Shown: one piece after another, positions 18,506 to 28,095 of the stretch
Numbering within the stretch: position 1 is the stretch's first letter
Layout of the letters: every line of letters starts with the position of its first letter
NCBI GenBank assembly: GCA_041498975.1
Contig: JBGQJI010000001.1
Location: forward strand, 1 to 64,000
Source of the DNA: Candidatus Methylomirabilis sp.
GTDB lineage: Bacteria > Methylomirabilota > Methylomirabilia > Methylomirabilales > Methylomirabilaceae
Direction: 5' to 3'
Length of the DNA stretch: 64,000 nt
Translations under genes and position numbers: made by a program
The notes under the pieces: model-generated
Seen by the model: the letters and a program-made list of their open reading frames with translations, nothing else
What the model was told of the DNA's origin: nothing
The model's database searches: none

Positions 18506-20434
18506 TTAGGCGGCGGCTTTCTTGGTGTAGTTGAGCATCCCACCGGCCAGGACGATGTCCACCTCGCGACGGGTGAGGTCGTGCCTGACGCTGAACTCCG
18601 TCCCCTTGGTCACATTCATGAAGACGAGCTGCTGACCCCCTCGGATCTGCTCCGCGACCCGCTCGACCCGCAGTTGATCTCCTTGGCTGATGGCATCGTA
18701 GTCCTTCTCGTCCACGAAGATCAGGGGGAGGATCCCGAAGTTGATCAGGTTGGCTCGGTGGATGCGGGCGAACGACTTGACGATGGCTCCTTTGAGGCCG
18801 AGGTACATCGGCGCCAGCGCCGCGTGTTCCCGGCTGGAGCCCTGGCCGTAGTTGTTGCCGCCGATCACGAAGCCGCCGCCCTTCTCCTTCGCCCGCTTGG
18901 GGAAGTCCGGATCCACCCTGCTGAACGCGTATTCCGAGATGGCCGGAATATTGCTGCGCAGAGGCAGGATCTTGGAGCCGGCCGGGAGGATATGGTCGGT
19001 CGTGATATTGTCGCCCATCTTGAGGAGGACCTCGCCCTCCATGGTGGATGACAGCTCCCCCCGGATCGGGACCGGCTTGATATTCGGCCCACGAACGATC
19101 TCGATCCGTTCCGGATTCGGGGACGGCGGGACGATCAGGTTATCGTCCAAGATGAACTTCTCCGGGAGCGCAACGGTTACAGGATTGCCGAGTCGCTTCG
19201 GGTGCACGATCTGCCCGGCCAGCGCAGAAGCCGCGCAGACCTCGGGACTCGCCAGAAAGACCTTGTCGTTGGCCAGGCCGCTTCGCCCCTCGAAGTTTCG
19301 ATTGAAGCTGCGCAGGGAGGCTGTCCCGCTGGCCGGGACCTGACCCATGCCGATGCACGGGCCGCAGGCCGACTCCAGGATCCGACCACCGGAAGCGATC
19401 AGGTCAGCCAGCGCGCCATTGGCGGCGATCATCGTGTACACCTGCTTGGAGCCCGGCGTCACGGTGAAGCTGATGTCCGGATGGACCGTCTTCCCCTTCA
19501 GCATCGTCGCGACCGTCATCAGATCGCGGAACGAGGAGTTGGTGCAGCTTCCGACGCAGACCTGAGAGAGTTTTGTCCCCTCGACCTCTGAGACAGGGCA
19601 GACGTTGTCCGGGCTCGAAGGCCGGGCGATCATCGGCTCAAGGGTGTTCAGGTCGATCTCCAGCGTCTCGTCGTAGATGGCGTCCGGGTCCGGCCCTATC
19701 GGGACCCAACTGCCCCCCCGCCCCTGAGCCGCGAGGTACAGGCGTGTCTGCTCATCGCTCGGAAAGATGGAGGTGGTGGCGCCCAGTTCGGCCCCCATGT
19801 TGGTGATCGTGGCGCGCTCCGGCACAGTCAGGTGCTTCACTCCTTCGCCGGCATACTCCAGGACCTTCCCCACGCCGCCCTTCACCGTCAGCCGCCGCAA
19901 CACCTCCAGAATGATGTCCTTGGCCGCGACCCACGGGCGCAGCCGGCCGTTCAGCCTGACCAGCAGGACCTTCGGCATGGGGAGGTAGAAAGGGCCACCG
20001 CCCATCGCCACGGCGACATCCAGGCCGCCGGCGCCGATAGCGATCATGCCGACCCCCCCGCAGGTCGGGGTGTGGCTGTCGGAGCCCAGCATGGTCTGGC
20101 CCGGCACGCTGAACCGTTCCAGGTGGACCTGATGGCAGATGCCATTGCCCGGGCGCGAGAAGTAGATGCCGTACTTGGCGGCGATGCTCTGCAGGAACCG
20201 GTGGTCGTCCGCGTTCTCGAACCCGGTCTGGAGCATGTTGTGGTCTACATAGCTGACGGAGAGCTTCGTCCTGACCCGTGGGACACCCATCGCCTCGAAC
20301 TGGAGATAGGCCATCGTCCCGGTCGCATCCTGGGTGAGGGTCTGATCGATCCGGATCGCAATCTCTTTCCCAGGGACGAGCTCCCCGGCGACCTTATGCG
20401 CCTCGAAAATCTTTTGAACCAGGTTCTTACCCAT
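18506..20434 (-). CDS. Aconitate hydratase (short, Aquifex-type)
   Basis: TQDATGT, GICHQVH, DSHT, GSCTNSS, CGPCIG, SFNRNF, TTDHI, GSSREHA. Confidence 0.95.
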   Translation of the reverse strand: MGKNLVQKIFEAHKVAGELVPGKEIAIRIDQTLTQDATGTMAYLQFEAMGVPRVRTKLSVSYVDHNMLQTGFENADDHRFLQSIAAKYGIYFSRPGNGICHQVHLERFSVPGQTMLGSDSHTPTCGGVGMIAIGAGGLDVAVAMGGGPFYLPMPKVLLVRLNGRLRPWVAAKDIILEVLRRLTVKGGVGKVLEYAGEGVKHLTVPERATITNMGAELGATTSIFPSDEQTRLYLAAQGRGGSWVPIGPDPDAIYDETLEIDLNTLEPMIARPSSPDNVCPVSEVEGTKLSQVCVGSCTNSSFRDLMTVATMLKGKTVHPDISFTVTPGSKQVYTMIAANGALADLIASGGRILESACGPCIGMGQVPASGTASLRSFNRNFEGRSGLANDKVFLASPEVCAASALAGQIVHPKRLGNPVTVALPEKFILDDNLIVPPSPNPERIEIVRGPNIKPVPIRGELSSTMEGEVLLKMGDNITTDHILPAGSKILPLRSNIPAISEYAFSRVDPDFPKRAKEKGGGFVIGGNNYGQGSSREHAALAPMYLGLKGAIVKSFARIHRANLINFGILPLIFVDEKDYDAISQGDQLRVERVAEQIRGGQQLVFMNVTKGTEFSVRHDLTRREVDIVLAGGMLNYTKKAAA

Positions 20435-20679
20435 CGGTCACCCCTTCATTCGGTCTCTGGCATGAGCATGATGATTGGCATGTGATCTCGGCGGGAAGAG
20501 GGCATAATGACCCGCACATCCCTCTTCAGGTATCCTAGCCCAAAGCCCCTACATCGTCAATGAAAAAGGCCCGGCGGGTCTTGGCGGGGGCAGCTTCGAG
20601 ATCAGGTCCGCCCCCCTGTTTCGGGGCAGGCGATGGAATGCCGAAGTGGCCGCTGGCACCACTGGCGGGGACGTGGCCG

Positions 20680-21075
20680 TCAGCCAGTAGACTGTCCTCC
20701 CTGCTGCTCCCGCTCCTCCTGGCACTGCGCGCACGCTCTCGCAAACGGCAGGGCCTTGAGGCGAGGAAGGGGGATGGGTCCGCCGCAGCCGAGACAGATG
20801 CCGTAGGTCCCGGCCTTGTGCCGCCGGATCGCCGCATCGATCTGCGCCAGGAGCTGTTCCTGCTGCTGGACCATGGCCAGGTTGAGGCTACCCTCGGGCG
20901 CCGCGCCCCAGCCGTGAGAACCGGGAGCGTCGCGCGCTTGGGACTCCTCCCGTCGTTCGGCCTGCGCCCGGCGGATCTGGGCGACGAGCTTCTCACGTCG
21001 TTCGCTCAGAAGGGCCAGGAGTTGCGACGTCCTGGTCTCTGGGTCTGTTTCCTCCGGGTTCCGCTCCTTCACCAT
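20680..21075 (-). CDS. TraR/DksA C4 zinc-finger protein
   Basis: GTYGICLGCGGPIPLPRLKALPFARACAQC after a coiled coil. Confidence 0.85.
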   Translation of the reverse strand: MVKERNPEETDPETRTSQLLALLSERREKLVAQIRRAQAERREESQARDAPGSHGWGAAPEGSLNLAMVQQQEQLLAQIDAAIRRHKAGTYGICLGCGGPIPLPRLKALPFARACAQCQEEREQQGGQSTG

Positions 21076-21105
21076 CTCCTCTCCCTGGCATGGCAGCAAC
21101 GAAGG

Positions 21106-23325
21106 TCACTCCGAAAGCGGCAAAGAGGGTTCGGGCTCCTGACCGCCCCTTCGCAGCCGGCCCTCCAGCCCGGTGTAGCGGTGCTGGATCTTGTGGTTCT
21201 TCACGGCAATGGCGATCGCCTTCTTTGTTCCCACAAGGACAACCAGCCCCTTGCCGCGCGTGATAGCGGTGTAGAGAAGGTTCCGCTGCAGCATCACGAA
21301 GTGCGCCGTGTGGACGGGAATGATCACGGCCGGGTATTCGCTCCCCTGGCTCTTATGGACAGTGACGGCGTACGCGAGGACCAGCTCATCCAGGTCACTG
21401 AAGTCGTAGGCAACCTGGCGGTCGTCAAAACGGACCGTGATCTCACGATCCTCCGGATCGAGTTTGGTAATCCGGCCGATATCCCCGTTGTACACGTCCT
21501 TCTCGTAGTTGTTCCTGATCTGCATGACGCGGTCGCCGAGCCGGTAGAGGCGGCCCCCGCGGAGCAGCTCGGGTCCGGACGGGTTCAGGAGGCCCTGAAG
21601 CGCCTGATTCAATTGCAAAGTGCCGATCGGCCCCTTCTGCATCGGGCTCAAGATCTGCAACTCTTCCATCGGGTCCACACGATGCCGCCTTGGGAGGCCG
21701 TTCCCCGCCAGATCCAGGATCGCCTCCTGGACCTCCTGAGCCTCTTCCCTGACGAGGAGGTAGCAGTCGCTCCGTTCCTTCCCCTCCCAGGCGGGGCAGA
21801 GGGGGAATTCCCCGTGATTGATCCGGTGGGCGCTGACGACGATCTGGCTCTCCCGGGCCTGCCGGAAGATCTCGGAAAGGCGGATCACCTGGACCAGGCC
21901 GGACGAGATGATGTCGCGGAGCACCGCGCCGGGCCCGACGGATGGAAGCTGGTCCACATCCCCCACCAGGATCAGACCCGCGACGGGAGGGATGGCCTTC
22001 AGGAGGGAGTTCATCAGCAGGACGTCAAGCATCGAGGCCTCGTCCACGATCACCAGATCAGCCTCCAGGGGCCGGTGCTGGTCTCTCTTGAATCGGCCGT
22101 CCTTGGGGCTGAACTCCAGGAGGCGATGGACGGTCCTGGCCTCCCGGCCCGTGGCCTCACTCATCCGCTTCGCCGCCCGCCCCGTCGGGGAGCAGAGGAC
22201 GATCCGGCGCCGTTTCTTCTCGAGGATCTGGATGATGCACTTGAGGATGGTCGTCTTGCCCGTGCCGGGGCCGCCGGTGATGACCAGGAGCTTCTGCTGG
22301 AGCGCCTGACGAATCGCCTCTTTCTGCTCCTCCGCCAACCGCAGCCTGCTGGTCTGCTCTACCCAGTGGATGGCCCGCTCGACGTCGATGTCCGCAGGCG
22401 GCACTCCGCCTTGAGCAAGGACATGGAGTCGGCGTGCGACCTCCTCCTCTGCGGCATGGAGCGACGCCAGGTAGACCGCTTTCCCCTCCGGCCCTTCCTC
22501 GCAGACGACCCGTTTCTCCTGCGAAAGCCGCTCGATGGCCTGGGCGGCCAGCGCCGGCTCCACCTCCAGGATCCCGGAGCTCTCTGTCACAAGCCGATCA
22601 AAGGGGTAGTAGACATGGCCCTCCTCGGCCAACTCGTTCAGGACATGGATCACGCCGGCCTCGACCCGAAGCGGCGAATGCTTCTCGATCCCGATGGCCT
22701 GGGCGATCCGGTCGGCGGTCTTGAACCCGATCCCGTAGATATCGTACGCCAGCCGGTAGGGGTTCTCCCGCACCACCGCGATGGAGGATTTCCCGTAGGC
22801 CTTGTAGATCTTCGCGGCAAAGCCCGAGGAGACGCCATGCCCCTGGAGAAAGATCATCACGTCCCGGATCTCTTTCTGCTCTTCCCAGGCGGTCCGGATC
22901 CGCTGGAGCCGGACCTGGCCGATCCCGTCCACCGTGAGAAGGCGGGACGGCTCCTCCTCGATGACGCGCAGGGTCTCGGTGCCAAAGGCCTCCACCAGCC
23001 TCCCGGCAAAGACCGGACCGATCCCCTTGATCAGGCCGGAGCCCAGGTACTTCTCGATTCCGGCGACTGTGGCGGGGACGACGGTCTCGAACGCCTCGAC
23101 CTTGAACTGTTCGCCGTACTTAGTATGGAGGGTCCACTCCCCGGTAAGCTTGAGGGTTTCACCAGGCGTGACGGATGGAAGGTTTCCAACGATGGTGGTC
23201 AGCTCGCGCTGCCCGGGCACCTGGAGCCTGCCCACCACATAGTGGTTCTCTTCGTTGACATAGGTGATCCGTTCCAGGGTCCCCTGGAGCGTCGTGTACG
23301 ACCGGACGGGGATAGCGCGCGGCAT
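21106..23325 (-). CDS. recD2: ATP-dependent RecD-like helicase RecD2
   Basis: GGPGTGKT, VDEASM, GDVDQLPSVG, YAVTVHKSQGSE, LYTAITR; N-terminal HhH motifs. Confidence 0.96.
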   Translation of the reverse strand: MPRAIPVRSYTTLQGTLERITYVNEENHYVVGRLQVPGQRELTTIVGNLPSVTPGETLKLTGEWTLHTKYGEQFKVEAFETVVPATVAGIEKYLGSGLIKGIGPVFAGRLVEAFGTETLRVIEEEPSRLLTVDGIGQVRLQRIRTAWEEQKEIRDVMIFLQGHGVSSGFAAKIYKAYGKSSIAVVRENPYRLAYDIYGIGFKTADRIAQAIGIEKHSPLRVEAGVIHVLNELAEEGHVYYPFDRLVTESSGILEVEPALAAQAIERLSQEKRVVCEEGPEGKAVYLASLHAAEEEVARRLHVLAQGGVPPADIDVERAIHWVEQTSRLRLAEEQKEAIRQALQQKLLVITGGPGTGKTTILKCIIQILEKKRRRIVLCSPTGRAAKRMSEATGREARTVHRLLEFSPKDGRFKRDQHRPLEADLVIVDEASMLDVLLMNSLLKAIPPVAGLILVGDVDQLPSVGPGAVLRDIISSGLVQVIRLSEIFRQARESQIVVSAHRINHGEFPLCPAWEGKERSDCYLLVREEAQEVQEAILDLAGNGLPRRHRVDPMEELQILSPMQKGPIGTLQLNQALQGLLNPSGPELLRGGRLYRLGDRVMQIRNNYEKDVYNGDIGRITKLDPEDREITVRFDDRQVAYDFSDLDELVLAYAVTVHKSQGSEYPAVIIPVHTAHFVMLQRNLLYTAITRGKGLVVLVGTKKAIAIAVKNHKIQHRYTGLEGRLRRGGQEPEPSLPLSE

Positions 23326-23471
23326 CTTGGCGTGAGACTAGCAAGGGGTCGGAAAGGGGTCAACGAAAAACAGCGGAAGACACGAGGGGAACGCTACGAA
23401 TCACTGGCAGGTGTCAATGACCCTTCCCTGCTGAGGCATCGCTCTTTCGAGGTGCGCCGGGCCCGGATCGG

Positions 23472-23675
23472 TTAGCCGTTCACCTCCTCGTACCAGGTCA
23501 TCTGGACAGCTTCCAACTTGGCTTCCGAGACGCCGTTGGGGTCATCGGCGAAATCCGGAAGCTCGGTGATCCACTTGTGGAGTGTGGCGAACTGAACCTC
23601 AAGGGGGTCCTGCTCGGGGTGTGCTTGGATCAGGGCCTGGGCGATCTCATAGGCGTCGTCCCAGTACAGACTCAT
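23472..23675 (-). CDS. iscX: Fe-S cluster assembly protein IscX
   Basis: WDDAYEIA...DPLEVQFATLHKWITELPDFADDP...LEAVQMTWYEE. Confidence 0.9.
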   Translation of the reverse strand: MSLYWDDAYEIAQALIQAHPEQDPLEVQFATLHKWITELPDFADDPNGVSEAKLEAVQMTWYEEVNG

Positions 23676-23826
23676 TAGCCGCAACTCGCAGATGGTTTGA
23701 ATTGACGACGACACACGGCACGAATGGGCGATACGTTGGCGATCCGTGGTGCGCGCGTGAACATCGGAACTGTTTGGGCAGTTGACATCGACTGGGTCCT
23801 TGTACTAGCGTAGTCCTCCAGCCAAG

Positions 23827-24138
23827 ATGCGCGCGAAGACCACCCTCATTCTCCCCTTTGTCCTCTTGCTCGGCGCCTGTGCCCAGGATGGAAATGACCC
23901 TGTGGCACGCGGGAAGCAGGTCTATCTGACGGAGTGCACCGCCTGCCACAACAGCGACCCAACAAAGGACGGCCCCGTCGGGCCGGCGGTCAAAGGGTCT
24001 TCGTTAAAGCTGCTCGAGGCGCGGATCCTCCGCGCAAGCTACCCGCCAGGCTACTCGCCCAAGCGCAACACCGCTCTCATGCCCCCGCTGCCAAAAGTGG
24101 CCACGAAGATCTCCGACCTGGCGGCCTTCCTGCGCTGA
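23827..24138 (+). CDS. Monoheme c-type cytochrome lipoprotein
   Basis: Lipobox LGAC, CTACH heme motif, distal MP. Confidence 0.88.
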   Translation: MRAKTTLILPFVLLLGACAQDGNDPVARGKQVYLTECTACHNSDPTKDGPVGPAVKGSSLKLLEARILRASYPPGYSPKRNTALMPPLPKVATKISDLAAFLR

Positions 24139-24144
24139 TCTGTT

Positions 24145-24864
24145 CTACCCCGCCATCACCGTCTCGAAGAGAAGGTAGAAGATCGCCGAGAGAATGAACC
24201 CCGCCCAGAGCGTGCCCTTGATTGTCGCGAGGGGTTTCTTGGTCAGACCCGATGTCCCGTAGAGGGCGTTCAGCTCGATCACGATGATGATGACTGCGCA
24301 GAGGAGCGCCATCGTAACCTTCTGGTACCGCCACACCTTTCCGAAGAGGGTGAAGTGGCTCGCCGCGCCCATGTAGAAGAGCATCGGAATTGAAAAAAGG
24401 GTGTTGGTCCGAGAGGCGAAGCCCGCTCGCTGGCCGAGCGCAGCGGCAGCGGGGAGTGCCTGACCGCCCTGCGCCACCTGCGTGGCCGACGCGATCACCA
24501 CCTTCTGGTTCGGCCAGATGACGAACCAGACGTTGGCCCACATGATGCTGCCGAGCGTTCCCCCAAGGAAGATGGCCCACCCGTAGGAGGTGTCGAAGAA
24601 CCCCCGCACCCCGAGCAGTCCCATCCTGTGCAGGATGATGGTCCAACCACTCAGGAACGTGAACATCGCGCTCCAGCGGAACCACCACAGCGCCCGGGGC
24701 ACCAGCTTCTGGATCGCCGCGCTTCGAACGGGCGGATCGGTCTCGGCGAAGAATGGTGTCTGGACGAAGTTAAAGTAGTAGAGGAGCCCGATCCAGGTGA
24801 TGCCGGCGAGAAAGTGGATCCACCGCAGGAGAAAGAGCAGCCCCTCTGCACTCATGAGCGCCAT
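24145..24864 (-). CDS. PuuD/DUF989-like integral membrane protein
   Basis: LRWIHFLAGITWIGLLYYFN, WWFRW, IMWANVWFVIWPNQK, SRTNTLFSIP. Confidence 0.85.
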   Translation of the reverse strand: MALMSAEGLLFLLRWIHFLAGITWIGLLYYFNFVQTPFFAETDPPVRSAAIQKLVPRALWWFRWSAMFTFLSGWTIILHRMGLLGVRGFFDTSYGWAIFLGGTLGSIMWANVWFVIWPNQKVVIASATQVAQGGQALPAAAALGQRAGFASRTNTLFSIPMLFYMGAASHFTLFGKVWRYQKVTMALLCAVIIIVIELNALYGTSGLTKKPLATIKGTLWAGFILSAIFYLLFETVMAG

Positions 24865-25098
24865 AAACTTCCCCCCTCCCTTGCGCGCGCAGCGGCCATC
24901 AGCACGTGCCCGTGTAGGTGGCAGCGCGCATTGTCACGAAATCCGAATCCCGGAGCGCGGGCCAAAACTCTCAGGGGAACCCCCTGCATCTGGCTAGTGA
25001 ACGATCCTGCTGAACAATCGGAGCTTTTCCGGCATCGGCATGCGGCCGCGCTCATTCCCATGAACCCCACCCGGACGTCGCCGAAGCCGCGGAAGCTG

Positions 25099-25206
25099 CT
25101 AGTGCCGCGTCAACGTGTCCGGACAGATGGCAAAATGATGCGACGGCCAACCCAGATGGCTCCGCGTCATTGTATCGTTGGGCGGATAACGTTGGAACGG
25201 CACGAG
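25099..25206. mobile_element. MITE-like element, copy 1
   Basis: ctaGTGCCGcgtcaac...gttggaaCGGCACgag terminal inverted repeats; reverse-oriented relative to the other two copies. Confidence 0.6.
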
Positions 25207-25219
25207 GCTGGGGTCACCC

Positions 25220-25540
25220 CTACGCCGTGAAGGACGACCCGCAGCCGCAGCCGCCCTTCGCGTTGGGGTTCTTCAGGCTGAAGCCGGCCCCCTGCAGGCC
25301 ATCGGTGTAGTCGATCTCCGTGCCGGCCAGGTAGAGGTAGCTCTTCGGGTCCACCAGCACCTTGACGCCGTGGGCCTCGAAGACCTGGTCGGCGGGCTCG
25401 GGCTGGTCGAACTCGAACTGGTAGGAGAGGCCGGAGCAGCCGCCGCCGACGACACGGACGCGGAGGCCGTCCTCGGGCTTGGCCTGGGTCTTGAAGAGGT
25501 CGGCCAGCTTGGTGGCGGCCGACTCAGTAAGGGTAATCAT
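25220..25540 (-). CDS. iscA: A-type Fe-S carrier (IscA/HesB)
   Basis: GGGCSGLSY, NPNAKGGCGCGSSF; AAGGAGGT RBS. Confidence 0.95.
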   Translation of the reverse strand: MITLTESAATKLADLFKTQAKPEDGLRVRVVGGGCSGLSYQFEFDQPEPADQVFEAHGVKVLVDPKSYLYLAGTEIDYTDGLQGAGFSLKNPNAKGGCGCGSSFTA

Positions 25541-25627
25541 TTGGACCTCCTTCTCAGGCATGAAGCACGATAGTGAGGTTTCGCTGGTATCGAGAAGCTG
25601 GTTGGCACTGAACCCTATCCCGTTGGC

Positions 25628-25656
25628 AGTATAGGCAACCATAACGTGAATGTCAA
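25628..25656 (-). promoter_or_regulatory. sigma70 promoter of iscA
   Basis: TTGACA-N17-TATACT on the minus strand. Confidence 0.8.
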
Positions 25657-25684
25657 GATGTGCGGCCCAACATGAGCGACCGGA

Positions 25685-26245
25685 TCATTCGGCCAACCCG
25701 TTGATCACTCGCTGGAATTCGGGCCGCCGGAGCCGGTCGAGATCTGATCGCACACAGCCAAGACCGAACACACACAACTCGAACTGCTCCGAGAGCTTCC
25801 GGTACAGCGGCGCCACCTGCCCATCATCGCCAAAGGCAAACTCGGCCACGATATGATACGACCGTTTTCCGGTCTTGACGTAATCGATCAGGGCATCTCG
25901 GCTGACAAGAACGCGCCTGGCCCGTAAGCGCTGAATGGCTTCGGGGAAAAGTCCGGCCATGAACAACGTGTAATCCCCGATGTGCTTATGGACCTCGCGC
26001 TCACGGTCGATCGAGGCGGCCCGGTGGAGCAGATCGCCTTCAAGGAGCATCTCGGCGACCTCCTCAACGCGCCGGCCAGAGACGCTCCGGACCTTATAGA
26101 CATTGTCGATGTGGGTGAAGTCGGTCAGGAGGTCAGTCAGGTACCCGATCACGTCCGGGTCTTCGTAACCCAGCTTCCCCGCCAGGTTCTGTTCGGTCAG
26201 CAGGCGGAAGAGCCGCCGCAATGGATGATTCGCAGAGATTTTCAT
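25685..26245 (-). CDS. Hypothetical protein
   Basis: HPLRRLF...HKHIGDYTLFMAGLFPE...GKRSY; typical codon usage. Confidence 0.8.
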   Translation of the reverse strand: MKISANHPLRRLFRLLTEQNLAGKLGYEDPDVIGYLTDLLTDFTHIDNVYKVRSVSGRRVEEVAEMLLEGDLLHRAASIDREREVHKHIGDYTLFMAGLFPEAIQRLRARRVLVSRDALIDYVKTGKRSYHIVAEFAFGDDGQVAPLYRKLSEQFELCVFGLGCVRSDLDRLRRPEFQRVINGLAE

Positions 26246-26347
26246 GATGGTGTACGTCGCTTCGGCCGGCTTTTCAGTCAGCCATGCCTTCGCGCGACAA
26301 GACGATGATAACGCAGAGGGACAGGAACGGAAAGAGGTTTGCTGGAC

Positions 26348-26376
26348 TTGACGAAGAGATCGATTTTGCTTAAGGT
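26348..26376 (+). promoter_or_regulatory. sigma70-type promoter
   Basis: TTGACG-N17-TAAGGT upstream of the MEMO1 gene. Confidence 0.5.
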
Positions 26377-26426
26377 GAGAACAGAGCGGTCGAAGCGGGT
26401 CGTCGGTGAACGAGGGGGCTCGGGAC

Positions 26427-27647
26427 ATGGACCGTCCAAGACTCAGGGGACTGGAAGCGATTCCTGGAGAGGTCGGCGGCGAACAGGTGGTCTGCCTTCG
26501 AGACCCGCATCACTACAGCGATCGTGTCCTGATCCTCCCTCATCCCCTTTTCTTCATCGTGAGCCTCTTTGACGGACGGCACTCGATCCTCGACATCCAG
26601 GCGGCATTCGTCCGCCGCTACGGTGAGTTCCTCTTCCGGGAAAGGCTCGATGAGCTTATCCGGGAACTGGATTCCGCCCACTTCCTCGAAGGAGAGGTCT
26701 TCGAACACTACCGCGCACAACTCGAGGCCGACTTCGCTCGGTCGCCCATCCGGCGCGCCGCGCTGGCCGGGAAAGGGTATGAGGCGGACCCCGAGCGGCT
26801 CCGGGCTCAGATCGACACGTTCTTTTCGCCGCCAGAGGGCCCGGGCTCACCTGTGCCTCAGGACGGCAGGCCGCCGATCAAAGGGGCCGTGATCCCCCAC
26901 ATCGATTTCGCCCGCGGAGGTCCCACCTACGCCTGGGCGTACAAGGCACTGATGGAGTCTTGCAACGCCGACCTGTTCATCGTGCTTGGCACTTCACATT
27001 CCGGCACCAGAGGATTCTTCGCCGTCACGCGCAAAGACTACGAGACCCCGTTCGGCGTGATCCCGACCGATACGTCGTTCGTGGACCGACTGATCGCCCG
27101 GTGTGGTCCGACCATCTTGCTGGACGAGCCGGCCCATCGCGCCGAACACTCGATCGAGTTCCAGGCGACCATGCTCCAAGGACTGCTGGGCCAGACGCGC
27201 TCGATCCAGATGGTCCCGATCCTCTGCCTCTCCTTCCACCCGTTCATCGCGGACGGCGCATCGCCCAGGTCTGACCCGGCGATCGCGACCTTCCTCGATG
27301 CGCTTCAGGAGGCGATTGCCGCCTCAGGCCGTCGCTGCTGTCTCATTGCAAGCGCCGACCTTGCCCACGTCGGACCGCGCTTCGGGGACCAGGAGTCCGT
27401 GGACAGGGACCAGCTCGCGGTACTTGCCCGGAAAGATTTGGCGATGCTGGAAAAGGTGGCTGAAGGGGATGCGGAGGGATTCTTTCGTTTCGTTCAGACG
27501 GAAGAGGATCGATGGAGGATTTGCGGCCTTTCCTCCATCTACACCATGCTCGGTGCCCTTGAGAAGGAGCAGGGACACCTGCTGAAATACAGCCAATGGC
27601 CTGATCCGGCCGGCGCGGTTACCTTTGCGAGCGTGATTTTTTACTGA
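26427..27647 (+). CDS. amrB: AmmeMemoRadiSam protein B (MEMO1 family) with N-terminal extension
   Basis: PHID, LGTSH, EHSIEFQ, SADLAHVG, ICG motifs. Confidence 0.9.
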   Translation: MDRPRLRGLEAIPGEVGGEQVVCLRDPHHYSDRVLILPHPLFFIVSLFDGRHSILDIQAAFVRRYGEFLFRERLDELIRELDSAHFLEGEVFEHYRAQLEADFARSPIRRAALAGKGYEADPERLRAQIDTFFSPPEGPGSPVPQDGRPPIKGAVIPHIDFARGGPTYAWAYKALMESCNADLFIVLGTSHSGTRGFFAVTRKDYETPFGVIPTDTSFVDRLIARCGPTILLDEPAHRAEHSIEFQATMLQGLLGQTRSIQMVPILCLSFHPFIADGASPRSDPAIATFLDALQEAIAASGRRCCLIASADLAHVGPRFGDQESVDRDQLAVLARKDLAMLEKVAEGDAEGFFRFVQTEEDRWRICGLSSIYTMLGALEKEQGHLLKYSQWPDPAGAVTFASVIFY

Positions 27648-27652
27648 AAAGA

Positions 27653-27798
27653 GGCTATCGGCTATCAGCGGTCAGTGTTCAGCAAGGGCAAGGGAGATTT
27701 GCAGCGTTCAGCGGTTAGCGATCAGCTTTCAGCCAAAGCATGGAGGGGGCCTCAACCTGGTGAATGCGGATAGCTGAAAGCTAACTGCTGAAGGCTGC
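27653..27798. repeat. Heptamer (agcNNtc) tandem repeats with inverted copies
   Basis: ggctatc ggctatc agcggtc agtgttc ... agcgatc agctttc ... gatagct gaaagct aactgct gaaggct. Confidence 0.7.
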
Positions 27799-27804
27799 TC
27801 TTCC

Positions 27805-27824
27805 ACGCCGACGACCGCCGGCAT
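27805..27824 (-). promoter_or_regulatory. Candidate SECIS for the C-terminal UGA
   Basis: atgccggc-GGTC-gtcggcgt; loop 22 nt after the UGA. Confidence 0.6.
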
Positions 27825-27829
27825 CGCCG

Positions 27830-28054
27830 TTACACCGCTCAGCTCCCGCCGAAACCGATGGTCACGTTACCCTGTTCCACAATCACAGGGACTTCCCGCG
27901 CACCTTTCGAGAACTCCAACATCCGTTCCATCGCCTTCGGGTCCTTCTGGACGTTCAGGTACGTGAATGGGACTTTCCTCTTTGCGTACTCCTCACGGGC
28001 CGCCGAGGTGTAGGGTCAGGTGTCCTTCCCGTAGATGATGACCGACTCCTCCAT
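27830..28054 (-). CDS. Glutaredoxin-like UXX-star-type selenoprotein with two Sec codons (not in ORF track)
   Basis: GGAGG RBS; MEESVIIYGKDT-U-PYTSAAREEY...REVPVIVEQGNVTIGFGGS-U-AV*. UGA at 28016-18 and 27839-41, each followed by a hairpin. Confidence 0.88.
27991..28008 (-). promoter_or_regulatory. Candidate SECIS for the first UGA
   Basis: cct-cgg-CGGC-ccg-tg-agg; loop 13 nt after the UGA. Confidence 0.5.
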
Positions 28055-28095
28055 CCGCCTCCTCCAGTGTCTTGGGTCTTCTTGAGCTGACCTTT

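Noticed and set aside
20560..23475. 971-aa plus-strand ORF
   Set aside because: Antisense to recD2 and the dksA-like gene; no motifs; typical high-GC shadow.
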